Source: Phoronis australis
Taxonomy: Eukaryota > Animalia > Phoronida
Direction of reading: 5' to 3'
Assembly: GCA_002633005.1 (NCBI GenBank)
Contig: NMRA01000535.1
Location: 198,985 to 262,984 of the forward strand
Length of the DNA stretch: 64,000 bases
This document shows, in pieces, positions 1 through 12,800 of the stretch. Each line of letters opens with the position of its first letter. The first letter of the stretch is position 1. The translations under genes and the position numbers were made by a program. The notes beneath the pieces are model-generated. The model ran no database searches, had not been told where the DNA came from, and was given only the letters and a program-made list of their open reading frames with translations.

Positions 1-711
1 AATCAAGCTGTGACTTGAGTAATGGCATAGTGTACATACTGGACACCTATACACCAGTAATATGGGCTTGCCTTGGTGCATTTGGATATTTTGGGTATCT
101 GCCAAGAGAACTGTTGGTGAGTTTTGAAATTTCTTCAGAGGGTATTGAGGTCGGTGCTTGGCTGAAAATACCCACTTGTCAAGATTTACTGGACAAAAAC
201 ACAACCGACTCTTAATGATATACTTCTTTCAAGGACCAGCCATGATTAAAAGACAACCATCCATAATTTTCATTTCGACTGCCCTGGCTCCCCCTCCCAT
301 ACATAATTTTGGAAACTTCAAAGCACCTTAGTCTTCTCCTTGTTTGAGATTAGTGAAAAAGATCTGATTGTTAATACAAGATGTAAAGCCTATATCAGCA
401 GACACACACGCAAGTTAACTTAGGTTAAACATATCATTGACCCAATACATGTCGACTCATCAGATAATTCAAGTCAGGCCTAACTGCCAAACAACCATAA
501 TCAATGAAGAGCTGGTTACTAATACTTACATTTAAAAATGTAATCATTAATAAGTTTACCAGCTCATCACCCATCTCATGTAAATATTAATAAGTATACC
601 AGCTCAACACCTAGTCACTTACAGGGGTCCTGCATTTTGAAAACCATTTATCTCTCATGAGTATCAATCTGCTCCTCAGAATGCAGGGATGTGTAAGTGA
701 CTATAGCCCAC

Positions 712-862
712 CTCACAATAGACTCTATCTTCTTCTTGTACTTGACGTCCACCTGGTTTCTGTATTCCGGTCTCATCAACATGGCCGCGTAGCTGAACGC
801 AGAATTACGCAGACCAGACCTGTGACACTCAATGACAGTTGATGTCAGAATGGGAACAATAT
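712..862 (-). CDS. WDR19: WDR19 exon 29 ([17 protein letters not shown]...KIESIV)
   Basis: tttcag / gtgggc, 151 nt; remaining C-terminal exons lie outside the window. Confidence 0.93.
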
Positions 863-3800
863 CTGAAAATAGGGAAAAATCTGTCAGTTGAAGCAACAAA
901 TGGGGGTAAATCTGTCTATTGCTGTATCAAATGAATACAATTCGTCATGTCTTTTTGTTTTCATATTTCTTTATTTTCCGAGCCATGTTAGGATGATACA
1001 AAAACATAAATAATCTTGAAATTATTTGGCTGAATCTTAAAAGTTTGTCAACACAGAAAAAGAAATTTTCCAGTAATCGTGACAATCTTGTTACAGAATC
1101 CCCAGTTACAAAACTAATCAGTCATCTTGAAAGACCCCACTTTTATAACGTGGAGAATTGTGAAGTTTACTTTCAAGAAATAGTTTACAAGCTAACAAGG
1201 TGTGCCTGACTTTTGAATTGTAAATAAACCAGCATTAAAGATCTGAAGTTTAATTACTGAGTACAACAGGGACTGCAAGTCAAAACTCACGTGACGGGAA
1301 TTTACTGATGTTATTAGCCACCCTGATCAACATACGAGCTCCCTTCATGTGGTCCCCTCGCTTGACATGGATCTGAAATGAAATATGCCTCTCAGTCATA
1401 AAACACACCCGGTCTGGTTTGCTTAATTCAAAATTTCATCTAACTTGACATCAGAAGAAAACCACAAGTTGTGAGCTTTTTACTTTTCTCCACAGTTTTG
1501 TCTATGACAGTAATTATGCAAGATTTTTAGTCACTTTTTGAAAAGTATAAACAATGTATCTTAAGTAACTCATATTAACATTTACAATTAATAACAAGAC
1601 AATCTAGATGAACTGGGTAATGTTCAAAAACAAGCCACATTCCTACAGCCTCGTCTCCACCATTACCTTCACTAATATGTAGCTGTGTAGGATCATGAGA
1701 TTCGATGCCATCTCAGCAGGGATCTTGATCTTGCGTTGCTTCAGCTCCTGGTACATGCTGAACAGCACGTCGTGGGCATTGCGGTAGTTACCTGAAATAC
1801 AGCCACACATCATAAATACAGCCACACATCATACAGGTTCAAGGCATTATCCATTTCAACTAAGTGGTAAACTAACTTATCCTTGACCAAGTCATTATTT
1901 GTACTACAGCACCCTGCACAATACTGCGAACCTTACTCACAATGCTATGCATCTATAGGGAGCTTGGATCATAGCTGTAAACTGCTGCCATGCTAATCAC
2001 TATTTTACATTACAAGAACAAGACCAGTGTTGAAATGTGCCTACGATATCACTGCCAATGGTGTTCTTCTATGGGACGGTGTTTTCAGTATAATCATAAA
2101 AATGGCCATTAGACGGCGAACAATGCCCAAACCCATCTAAATTGAGAAGATGTCGTTGTCTCTGTAAATTTCATGAAAATAAGCCAAGGAACTCACGAGA
2201 TATAGAGATGAATGTAAAAAAACAATTGACAATAGGGGGCACAACCATAGTCTGATTGGTCTGAAACTCATCGTCATCTGTTGCCATCCCTGTAGAAGCC
2301 CATCTACCAAATTTCGCAAAGATCCTTCAAAGGTTAAGGAGAAAAATCCGTAGATGCAAAACCATCCAAAAATCAACATCAGCCAGGGTCTTTGCATCAG
2401 GAACACAACCTTCAATTTTCATTATTGTCCATTGAGTGGTTTGGCAGATAGAGAGGCAGATATCAAAAACATACATGAAAATTTTTAAATGGTCACCAGG
2501 TTGCACAGAAAACATCAAATCTGTCCGAAAATGGAAAGTCGTCGTCTCCTTCATAGAAACCTATTTGCGTATTTCAATGCCCAGAGATGACGGCAATATG
2601 CACCCATGGGCGCATAAAAATTGGTCATTTTCATTCAAATAACTAGGTTTTACCTTGCACAGAATTGCAATTCAGAGAGAGAAAATTTTGAAAAGCTGAG
2701 TTAGGGGTGACAGAAGTTTCTTCAATTATCAGACTAGAATCAGAAGTGTGTTAGCTGCTCTACATTTCAAAAATTAAATCAGTAATAAAATGTGTTTCTA
2801 ACGTAGTCTATGTAAATGAAAAGTGATGATTTCGAAATGTGACAACTACATCACACTTAGTGAACCATCACGGATGTGAATCCAGCAAGGGATTGTGGAG
2901 TCTGATCCCCTTACCCTGGATACTTTTTACTCGAGGACTATTAGTGATCCCCATGTCTGCCAGACCCCTTTGATCCACCTCCAAGCCTGCACCACCAAAG
3001 ACAGACATATCACATATCACCAATTTTGGACAAAATAATTGTCAAAATTGTTCTTATGTAATTTTCAAAAGCTTCTAACATTTTTCCAAATGTCCACAAT
3101 GTGTCAGAATCCTCATCTAATGATATAGCATTCATTTACTGCTACTTATCTGTTATGAAAACAATGACAAAATAAAATGGTCACTTGTCGGCCATATTAT
3201 GTCCTAAACTGGTGACATGTTACCATAACTCCACAAAACAGATTGATCATTGCTGACTATACCATAAAAAGAGCCCTAAAAATAAATTACACACTCATGA
3301 CATAGAACGAAAAATGGAATTCTGCTATTCAGAAAGGCAGTTGATGAGTACTACATTTTCATGACAACATACTGACCAGCATTCTGCTCCTCTCTGGCTA
3401 TGATGATTGCAGTTCGAGCAGCCTCCCTGTACTGCTTCAGAGCCATGTACAGTCGAAACAGGTACTTGGCATCCTGGAACCACCAATAGGATTAATGTTA
3501 ATTGTAAAAGCAAAATGACTTCTCTGACTCATAAAAAAAGCTAACGACGACTGAACTTATCACAACTGAGATAGAACAACGACTGACTCGACAGCTCTCA
3601 CAATGAGACTATATAAAATGAAATTCGCGCGAAATTCTTGCCTCCCAAAACGTCACTTCCGGAGTAGAGAACAAATAATTAATTAAATTACGAAAAGCTG
3701 TAATTAAGTGAAAAATATGTCTGGGATAACCAACAAATCTTATTTTTGCTAAAAAATAACATGAAAAAACATTGCTTTTGCCTTTAAGCCTTTTACAAAC

Positions 3801-6800
3801 AAAGGCTTATAAAAAACACTTGTACATCCGATCGCCACGTTACTATAAACTGATTCAAAAAGTCCTCTTTACTCGCAACAATTATTTTCTTGTGGAAAGA
3901 TGTCATACTTCCAAATACATCGCACCAGTAGGAATTACCAATTAGACTGAACTTCGACTTAAAGTCATCTCCAAATGAAGCAAAATTCTTTAATAACGCA
4001 GGACTTTCAAGATATCTATGGGCCATGGCGATTTTTAAAGCTTTGCTGAAAGTATGCATCTTAACCATTTGAAGTCCCCCTTGATCAAGTCCTAAACAGG
4101 CTGTAGTTCGTTTAATTTTATCATTACGAGCCTGCCATACAAATCTAAAAAATGTCGTATTCAATTCGTCCAAGACTTTTACTGGTGGATTTGGTAAACT
4201 TGACAACAAAAAATTAAGTTTAGAAATAGCTAATGTTTTAGTTACAGTTACTCTATCAAACAGCGTTAAATTTCATCACCTCCAACTTAATCTCAGTTAT
4301 TCTTGCAGTTAAGTTCTTATGCATCATACTATCCAACTGAGTGTCAAAATCCACCCCCAAAAATCTAAAAGACTTTTTTGTCCAAGAGAGACTTTTTTGC
4401 AGTAATCACATGGTCTATACCAGTTTTACTTCCAAACCATATGGCTTTTGTTTTATCCACATTCACTTGGAGACCGGAGACACTAGCAAACAAATGTAGT
4501 ACCTTCAATGTGCTAGTCAATGACAAATTTGACCCATCCAATGTAATTGATGTGTTATCCGCATATTGCGAAATCAAATATTCCTCATTTCCTGCAACTA
4601 CAAGTCCAGCAATATTTTTATTATTCTAGATTACATACGCCAAAATCTCCGCGCACAATATGAAAATGTCGGGAGACAAAGGATCACCTTGTCTGTAGCC
4701 ACACGAAATATTGAACCAAGAAGTCGGGTGATCATTTACGACAACACAGGACTTAATATTACTGTAAAATACTTTTTCACCCACCTTCTGATTGACCAAC
4801 AAAAATTAAATATAAACTTTTTGAATAAAATTCCATGACAATGAATCAAATGCTTTCTCAAAATCAATCAGTAAAAGCAATCCTGGTTTGTTAGCTGCCT
4901 GGGCATAAAACATTCAATCATATAGCAAGTGGATATTTTCGTTCATATTTCTTCCAGAAACGAAACCAGTCTGGTCCTTACTGATTTGTTTTCCCAAAAC
5001 GGATTTTAAGCGTTCAGCCACAGCCGAAGAAGCCAATTTGTATGTCACATTGAGTAAGGATATGGGTCTCCAGTTTTTCAAATAATATTTACTTCTATCT
5101 GCTGCCTTAGGGATGCAGGTAATCACTCCCTCTTTCTGTGTTGATGATAACTGGCCAACAGCAAAACCAATATTAAGTGAGCGAACAACAAAATGTCCAA
5201 TGCCAGCCCAAAAAATTTTAAAAATTCCACTGAAAAACCATCAGAGCCTGGGCTCTTGTTGTTTTTCATTTTTTCAAGCATTGTGTGACTTCTTCATATG
5301 TAAGAAGTCAACCTTCTAATTTTTCTTTTTCTGTCTCATTCAGTTTAGAGACACCAACCTTATGAAGAAGAGTTTCGAAAGCAGTATTGCTAGAATGTCT
5401 ATATTTGTATAGATTTTCATAAAAAGTTTTGGCTTCCTGAATAACCTCTTCTTCACTATTGGTTTAAGTATTGTCACATTTTCACAAAAAGGCATAAACT
5501 TACTTGTGTAATGCCTATTCTCCAAGTGGAGAAAATATTTGGAAGGTTTTCACCCTCTTCAATCCATCTTGCTCTCGACCTAGTCATAAGACCTCTCAAC
5601 TTATTTTGCCTTAGCTCGGCAAGTCGATTATTTTTTTGTTCCAGTAGTTCATTATCAAGGCTTAGACTTTTTCCAACAAGCTTATTTCTTCGATAAGTTG
5701 CTGTTCAGCTCTATCACTTTTTCTTTTTAAGTAAGTAGCAAAGGAAATTGTTTTGCCGCAAATCTCCATCAACAACGTTTCAAGAAAAAGTTGATCATTT
5801 ATAGACAATAGAGTAAATCTGAATTATTTGTACTATCAACTGTCTGAATGTCGTCAGTCATATACTGTTGTTTAACCAATTTAATAGACTAAGTATCGTT
5901 GACTGCAGCAATATACTCAGAGTTTTGTTAGGAGAGAGTTATTAAACTTCCAAAAAGATTTCCTCCTCCTGGAACAGGGCTCGACGGTATTAAAATCGCC
6001 AGGTCGCATTTTGCGACCTAGCCAAAATGCCAGGTCGCATTTTCAAAATCCAGCTCGCATTCCTAAATGCCAGGCCGCAAAATTTTCCCGCAATTTTTAT
6101 GCGGCAAAATAGAATTTTTAGATCATCGAGAAAATGTTTAGATTATGCTCTTACCTGCAGCGTTAAATACTCACAAATTTCGGATCTCAAAATTGACTTC
6201 ATTCATGCAGGTACGGCCTTACTGTTCTTCACGACCGCCATTGAAAGACTCTAGAGCACAAGGAAAGTTGCCGACGTGAAAGTTGTATCAGTGCTCTCTT
6301 ACTGACTTGTGCATTCGAGTTGCTAAATTTGCGATGTGAAAAGGGAGAAAATGCCCGTTTAAGTATCCGGGATTTTGTTAGATCTGGCCTGCTACTGGCT
6401 GTCATCAAAGTCGTTAATGATTCAAACTAACTCGGGTAATGGCGAGTTTGCTTCTCAATACCTTCCAAGTACGGGAAAAATAGGTTAGTCACAAAACGAC
6501 ACGCATGTCACTAGTGTTAACTTTCTTTCCGAGATATAAAACAAAGCCGGGATTTGGTTTTTACATATTGTGAAAACACGTTTTTGAAAACTGAATTTGT
6601 GTAAAATGAAAGTGACACACCACATAAGCTGCGTGTCAATTTTAAACCACACGCAGTCGTTTGTAGTGCGCTATGATGGGCGCTAGCTTGAACTGTGGGC
6701 GCTTAATTGGAAATTTTCAACATTTAAGAGGGGACTTTTAATAGATCAGTGAGCGCTTATTATGAAACACTTTAAAGGTAGGGAGTTGGCTTGTGCGTGA

Positions 6801-9800
6801 GCATAGTCGTTAACCTCAGTGTTTGCGGTAATAAGATATTAAAACGCTGCAATGGTAAGAAACGTTATAATACTGCGATTTTGCGAGACAAACTCCATCT
6901 AGTGGGGTATCGTTACCACCTACATTGTACCCTTTTTAGCCACCCGGAATGGTTTTGTTTTTAACTGCCCGCTTCAGCCGGAACAAAGTTGTTTCTATAG
7001 GAGTCTGAGCATTTTGCGGCGACGGTGGTTCGGGGAGCGAAAAGTTGCCGGGGGTGTATGAAAAGTTCGCTAACTTGACCCACAATTTCGCATCTAGTGC
7101 CAGTTTAGTTGCAATAGCTGACTACGGGCATAGAATACAGGGTTTACAGAACATCGACCTCGGGAAACATCGGAACAGGNNNNNNNNNNNNNNNNNNNNN
7201 NNNNNNNNNNNNNNNNNNNNNNNNNNNNNNNNNNNNNNNNNNNNNNNNNNNNNNNNNNNNNNNNNNNNNNNNNNNNNNNNNNNNNNNNNNNNNNNNNNNN
7301 NNNNNNNNNNNNNNNNNNNNNNNNNNNNNNNNNNNNNNNNNNNNNNNNNNNNNNNNNNNNNNNNNNNNNNNNNNNNNNNNNNNNNNNNNNNNNNNNNNNN
7401 NNNNNNNNNNNNNNNNNNNNNNNNNNNNNNNNNNNNNNNNNNNNNNNNNNNNNNNNNNNNNNNNNNNNNNNNNNNNNNNNNNNNNNNNNNNNNNNNNNNN
7501 NNNNNNNNNNNNNNNNNNNNNNNNNNNNNNNNNNNNNNNNNNNNNNNNNNNNNNNNNNNNNNNNNNNNNNNNNNNNNNNNNAAAAAAACATTACCATTGA
7601 ATGATCGGACCTGCAACCGAGTTCTATTATGGAGTCGTCAATATCGGCTAAAAGGTTTATTCAGAAATTAGAAAAAAATCTAGTCTGGATCCTTTACTTA
7701 CAGCTCCCCAAGTGTATTCTTTATTATTGGGGTTTAGTTCCTGCCAGACATCAACAATAGACAATTCTGTACAAATCTCCATCAACTTAATCCGTGACTT
7801 CGGGTTATTAACCTGTCTATAATTAAGAGTGTCCTTAGACTGATCGAGAGCAAGATTAAAATTGCCTGCCCAAATAACAGAGTAATTTCCTATATCTTGA
7901 ATATCTTGTTTTATTCTTTTTGATAATGAGACTATAATAAAAAACATTTAGAAACATTACCCATACGGTTCTCATACAAAAAAACAAGTAGAACGAAATT
8001 TAAGGATAACTACATTTCAATAAAGTGACTTGGCTCCATAGTATGCGTCTGGTACTTGTCGGGAGACCCACACTGAGCAAACAGATCACACACATATTTA
8101 AGTAATAACGTTGCCTGCACTCTGTGCCTACACCCAATACACAGCTTCTCATAAATAGATAGATTGCCCAGCATGAAGTTATAACGCTTTGATCAAAATA
8201 GAACAAAATAGAACACAGCTACTTACAATAAAACCACGTGACAATGTTGCCACGAACTTTGACTGACATAACCTTAGTAGCAGGAATATGCTAGCTGTGA
8301 AGACGATATGTTGAGCACAACGGTTAAAACTATGCTATAACTTAAAGGAAAAAAGGCTTATCATATTATGTGTATGATTATCCTCTTGGATCTTCTTGTT
8401 ATCAATGGTTATTCACAGACATGGGGTGCAATGAGACGCTTGAGACAAGAATCTTGCTTGTGGAAAAGAATTACTCCCATAACGCAAGGTTCCAAACTTG
8501 CCGCTAAATCAATTCACCGGAAAACACTTCCGTACCTATACCAGAAAGGTTTCCAGCTTAGACCCAAAACACTTGGCGTGTAATTTTGCAAGACCTCGAC
8601 ACAGCCGCAAGTTACTCTATGAAACTCTGCTTCAATCAACAAATAAACAATTCAGTAAAGACTAAAATGGTAATTTTCAAAATAAACTTACAATAAAAGA
8701 CTTTGATAAAACATAAATAAACATCTTGCCAGAATTATTTGGAAGTTTAGTTGAACTTTTGTCATAATAAAATACCATATTCGCCCTAATAACCGCCCAG
8801 GGTGCTTAGAAAAATTCGTTTCAGGGGGGGCGCTTATTGTAACCCAAGGCAGTTGAAGCCCGGTCTCCGAAACAGGTGAAATCACAAGCTAAGATTCATC
8901 ATATTTACGCTCTGTGACGTATCTGTAATCTATGAAAGACTTTCTACAAAATTGTGGTGCATTGCTATCAAACTTTTCTGTTAAATTACTATCATTTTAG
9001 AGCAATTTGAGCTGAAATCCCAGGGCAAAAACTCGCCGACTGAGTGCCTCGCAATCGTTGACATGGTGACTTGAATGCTTGAATAAAAATACAGTTTTGA
9101 CTCAAGCAAATTGCCTGAAATTCTCCTTAAGTTTTCCAAATAGCGTCCCTAAGATTTTTAAGTTCCCGTGGAGTCAGGATTAATGGCAGGTTAAGTACAA
9201 ATCTGTGCTACATTGTGTCATCTAAGATCGGCAACAAGAGAAAAATCTGGACGAACACACATGTTGTTGTCACTTGACGTTTGTTTTGAATTTCGTCTGC
9301 AGAGTTCATTTGCCCGAGTAAACACAATCTAACAAGCTAGATGTGCATTGTATCTAAATAAATTAGCACAAGCAGTAAGCCTAAAGCAGAATGTGTTTCA
9401 TTCTGCACTTGCCAGTCTCATGTTCTAAAAACGTTCGACATTATTTGTCTCGCTAAGGCCCATATAAGACGCCGTGTGGCTGGATGCGTACGTGACTATC
9501 TTGACAGCTATTTTTCGGTGTAAGGGTGAGTAAGCATTCAATGTCAGTGGTCGTTTTATCGGACATTTGGCTTAAAAGCACCAATTATGATTAATCAAAC
9601 AATACATCTTAAAAATAACGCAAACATCTTTATAGTATTGGAAACTGTCAGAAACTAGAGCCAATATTCATTTCTTGTCGATGCTATACTACCCGTTTCA
9701 TGAATGAATGGTTCCCGGCTAATGTCTTTGATGACAGGTACATGTATGTAGCGCGCGCTTCCTGGCCACATGCTTTTAACACTGACCAAGGTTTTTATTA

Positions 9801-12800
9801 GTCTTCGATTCACGGTTTTTACGTGTGCAAGGAAATTTGGATTCTTGTAGAGGGCGGGAAATATCTACAATACAATCCCATTGACAAGTACGCTACGTCT
9901 GTTCTGAAAGGCTAGACCATAGTGGGGACACATTCCTCGAAAATTAGCAAAAATTATGAGTTCGTTTTGAGGCACGGCAGAAGTTTCAATTGTATAGTCA
10001 CGGTTAAATACTGACATATTGGTGAGACTCGTGGTCTACAAATGATTTTTTTTCAGGACTGTCTCACATTATTGATAAATTGAAGACATTACTGTAGAAT
10101 TTTAGGACTGTAGGTAAGGCATTTTTCGCACGTACATATTCATGGACTGGGCGCTTATTTTAGCAAAGAAAGCGCGTGGGGGGCACTTATGGGGGCATGG
10201 GCAGTTATTAGGGCGAATACGGTAGAGTTAATCTAATGTAACATTATTGCACCTCACTGATAATTTTTTTCATACATTTATTCATCCATCTGTAACATTG
10301 TCAAGTAACTATGGTGACATAATTCATCCATCTGTAACATTGTCAAGTAACTATAGTGACATAATTCATCCATCTGTAACACTGTCAAGTAACTATAGTG
10401 ACATAATTCATCAATCTGTAACACTGTCAAGTAACTATAGTGACATAATTCATCAATCTGTAACATTGTCAAGTAACTATGGTGACATAATTCATCCATC
10501 TGTAACATTGTCAAGTAACTATAGTGACATAATTCATCCATCTGTAACATTGTCAAGTAACTATNATCTGTAACTATGGTGACATAATTCATCCATCTGT
10601 AACTATGGTGACATAATTCATCCATCTGTAACTATGGTGACATAATTCATCCATCTGTAACTATGGTGACATAATTCATCCATCTGTAACTATGGTGACA
10701 TAATTCATCCATCTGTAACTATGGTGACATAATTCATCCATCTGTAACTATGGTGACATAATTCATCCATCTGTAACTATGGTGACATAATTCATCCATC
10801 TGTAACTATGGTGACATAATTCATCCATCTGTAACTATGGTGACATAATTCATCCATCTGTAACTATGGTGACATAATTCATCCATCTGTAACTATGGTG
10901 ACATAATTCATCCATCTGTAACTATGGTGACATAATTCATCCATCTGTAACTATGGTGACATAATTCATCCATCTGTAACTATGGTGACATAATTCATCC
11001 ATCTGTAACTATGGTGACATAATTCATCCATCTGTAACTATGGTGACATAATTCATCCATCTGTAACTATGGTGACATAATTCATCCATCTGTAACTATG
11101 GTGACATAATTCATCCATCTGTAACTATGGTGACATAATTCATCCATCTGTAACTATGGTGACATAATTCATCCATCTGTAACTATGGTGACATAATTCA
11201 TCCATCTGTAACTATGGTGACATAATTCATCCATCTGTAACTATGGTGACATAATTCATCCATCTGTAACTATGGTGACATAATTCATCCATCTGTAACT
11301 ATGGTGACATAATTCATCCATCTGTAACTATGGTGACATAATTCATCCATCTGTAACTATGGTGACATAATTCATCCATCTGTAACTATGGTGACATAAT
11401 TCTCAATAGGCACTCATTCATTCAAGGAATCTAAATCTTAAGTTTTAACTCCATTAAATAAATAACAGAACCACAGGTGACCATCTTGTATTGAATTCTG
11501 CGAGGTCACAATTGTTGGTAAAAATGTATTTTTCAGTTTTGAAGTATTCTAAAATCTCTGTCTTCATATGATCAAAACATGGGAAACGCTTCTGCAACCA
11601 CTTGTTTATTTATGTGATGGCGTGTGCAGTGATTTGCCATAATTTAGACAACATGGAAGAAGCATCACCCGTTGAGATTTTGTCGAGATTTTGCAGGAGT
11701 TGAAATGAAAGAGATATTTGGTCAGAGATTTGTGTGATTTGTCAAATTTCGACAATGTTCAGTTTATTTTCAAAAATAATCACTCGTGAAAATCTTCCAT
11801 CAATTATGTTGGGAAGCAGACTGAAGAGGTTACTGCTGCAGTAGATGGCCACATGACAGTACCGTTGACTACCGACTGAAGTGTCTTTCATTTTTACAAA
11901 TTTTTACACAATTACGAGTTGAAAGTGGAATAGATTACATAATATTCCACTCAATATTTTTCCATGGAACGAGGAACCAGCGTCTGTGTTGCACACGATA
12001 CAATATTTTATCAAAAAATAGTGAGACAAAAGTAATAGACTTGCACCAAATGTTATGTTTGGGACCTGATTGTGTGTTGGCTATCATTTACACTTGATTA
12101 CTTAGAACTATTTTGGGAAAGTATGATGATCGAGGTGGCTAGGGAAGTCGAGTCAATATTGATTGTGCTACTTTCTGTAATTTCCATGTAAAGAGGGCAC
12201 TGTTAAAAGTAGTTCCAGGAGTGCAATGGGGATAAAAATACCTGGCCAGCAGGCCGTATTGTACTTAACTCATTCAACACGTATAAGTCACCATACCTTT
12301 GGCATGCCATCAGTTTCCCCCATCAAGAAGTATAAGTCACCATACCTTTGGCATTCCATCAGTTTCCCCCATCAAGAAGTATAAGTCACCATACCTTTGN
12401 CCAGCAGGCCGTATTGTACTTAACTCATTCAACACGTATAAGTCACCATACCTTTGGCATGCCATCAGTTTCCCCCCATCAAGAAGTATAAGTCACCATA
12501 CCTTTGGCATGCCATCAGTTTCCCCCATCAAGAAGTCAATCAGTTGGTGTGTAAGAGAATCATCCTTGGCCTGTCCAACAGTTTCAATGGCCAACTCAAT
12601 GGCTCTAGAGTCGTCCGAGCTCGTACAGCGTAAGAAATGCTTGAGGGCCTGAAACAGACATAGAAGGTATGATGCACTCCTTGAGTGAGATTAGAGAAAT
12701 ATCAACAGACACGGAAGGTATGATGCACTCATTGAGCGAGATTAGAGAAATATCAACAGATACAGAAGGTAGATGCACTCATTGCGTGAGATTAGAGAAA

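Noticed and set aside
1-711. Further WDR19 exons encoding the C-terminal Cys-rich region
   Set aside because: No matching peptide or splice sites found; they must lie beyond the window start
3640-3670. ETS-type ACTTCCGG motif as an internal promoter
   Set aside because: Isolated short motif next to a retroelement; no independent support
7045-7671. Long ORFs of 164-208 aa
   Set aside because: Artefacts of reading through the N gap
8370-8650. Possible LINE ORF1 remnant (EAEFHRV...) upstream of the endonuclease
   Set aside because: Position fits but it is too decayed to support a call
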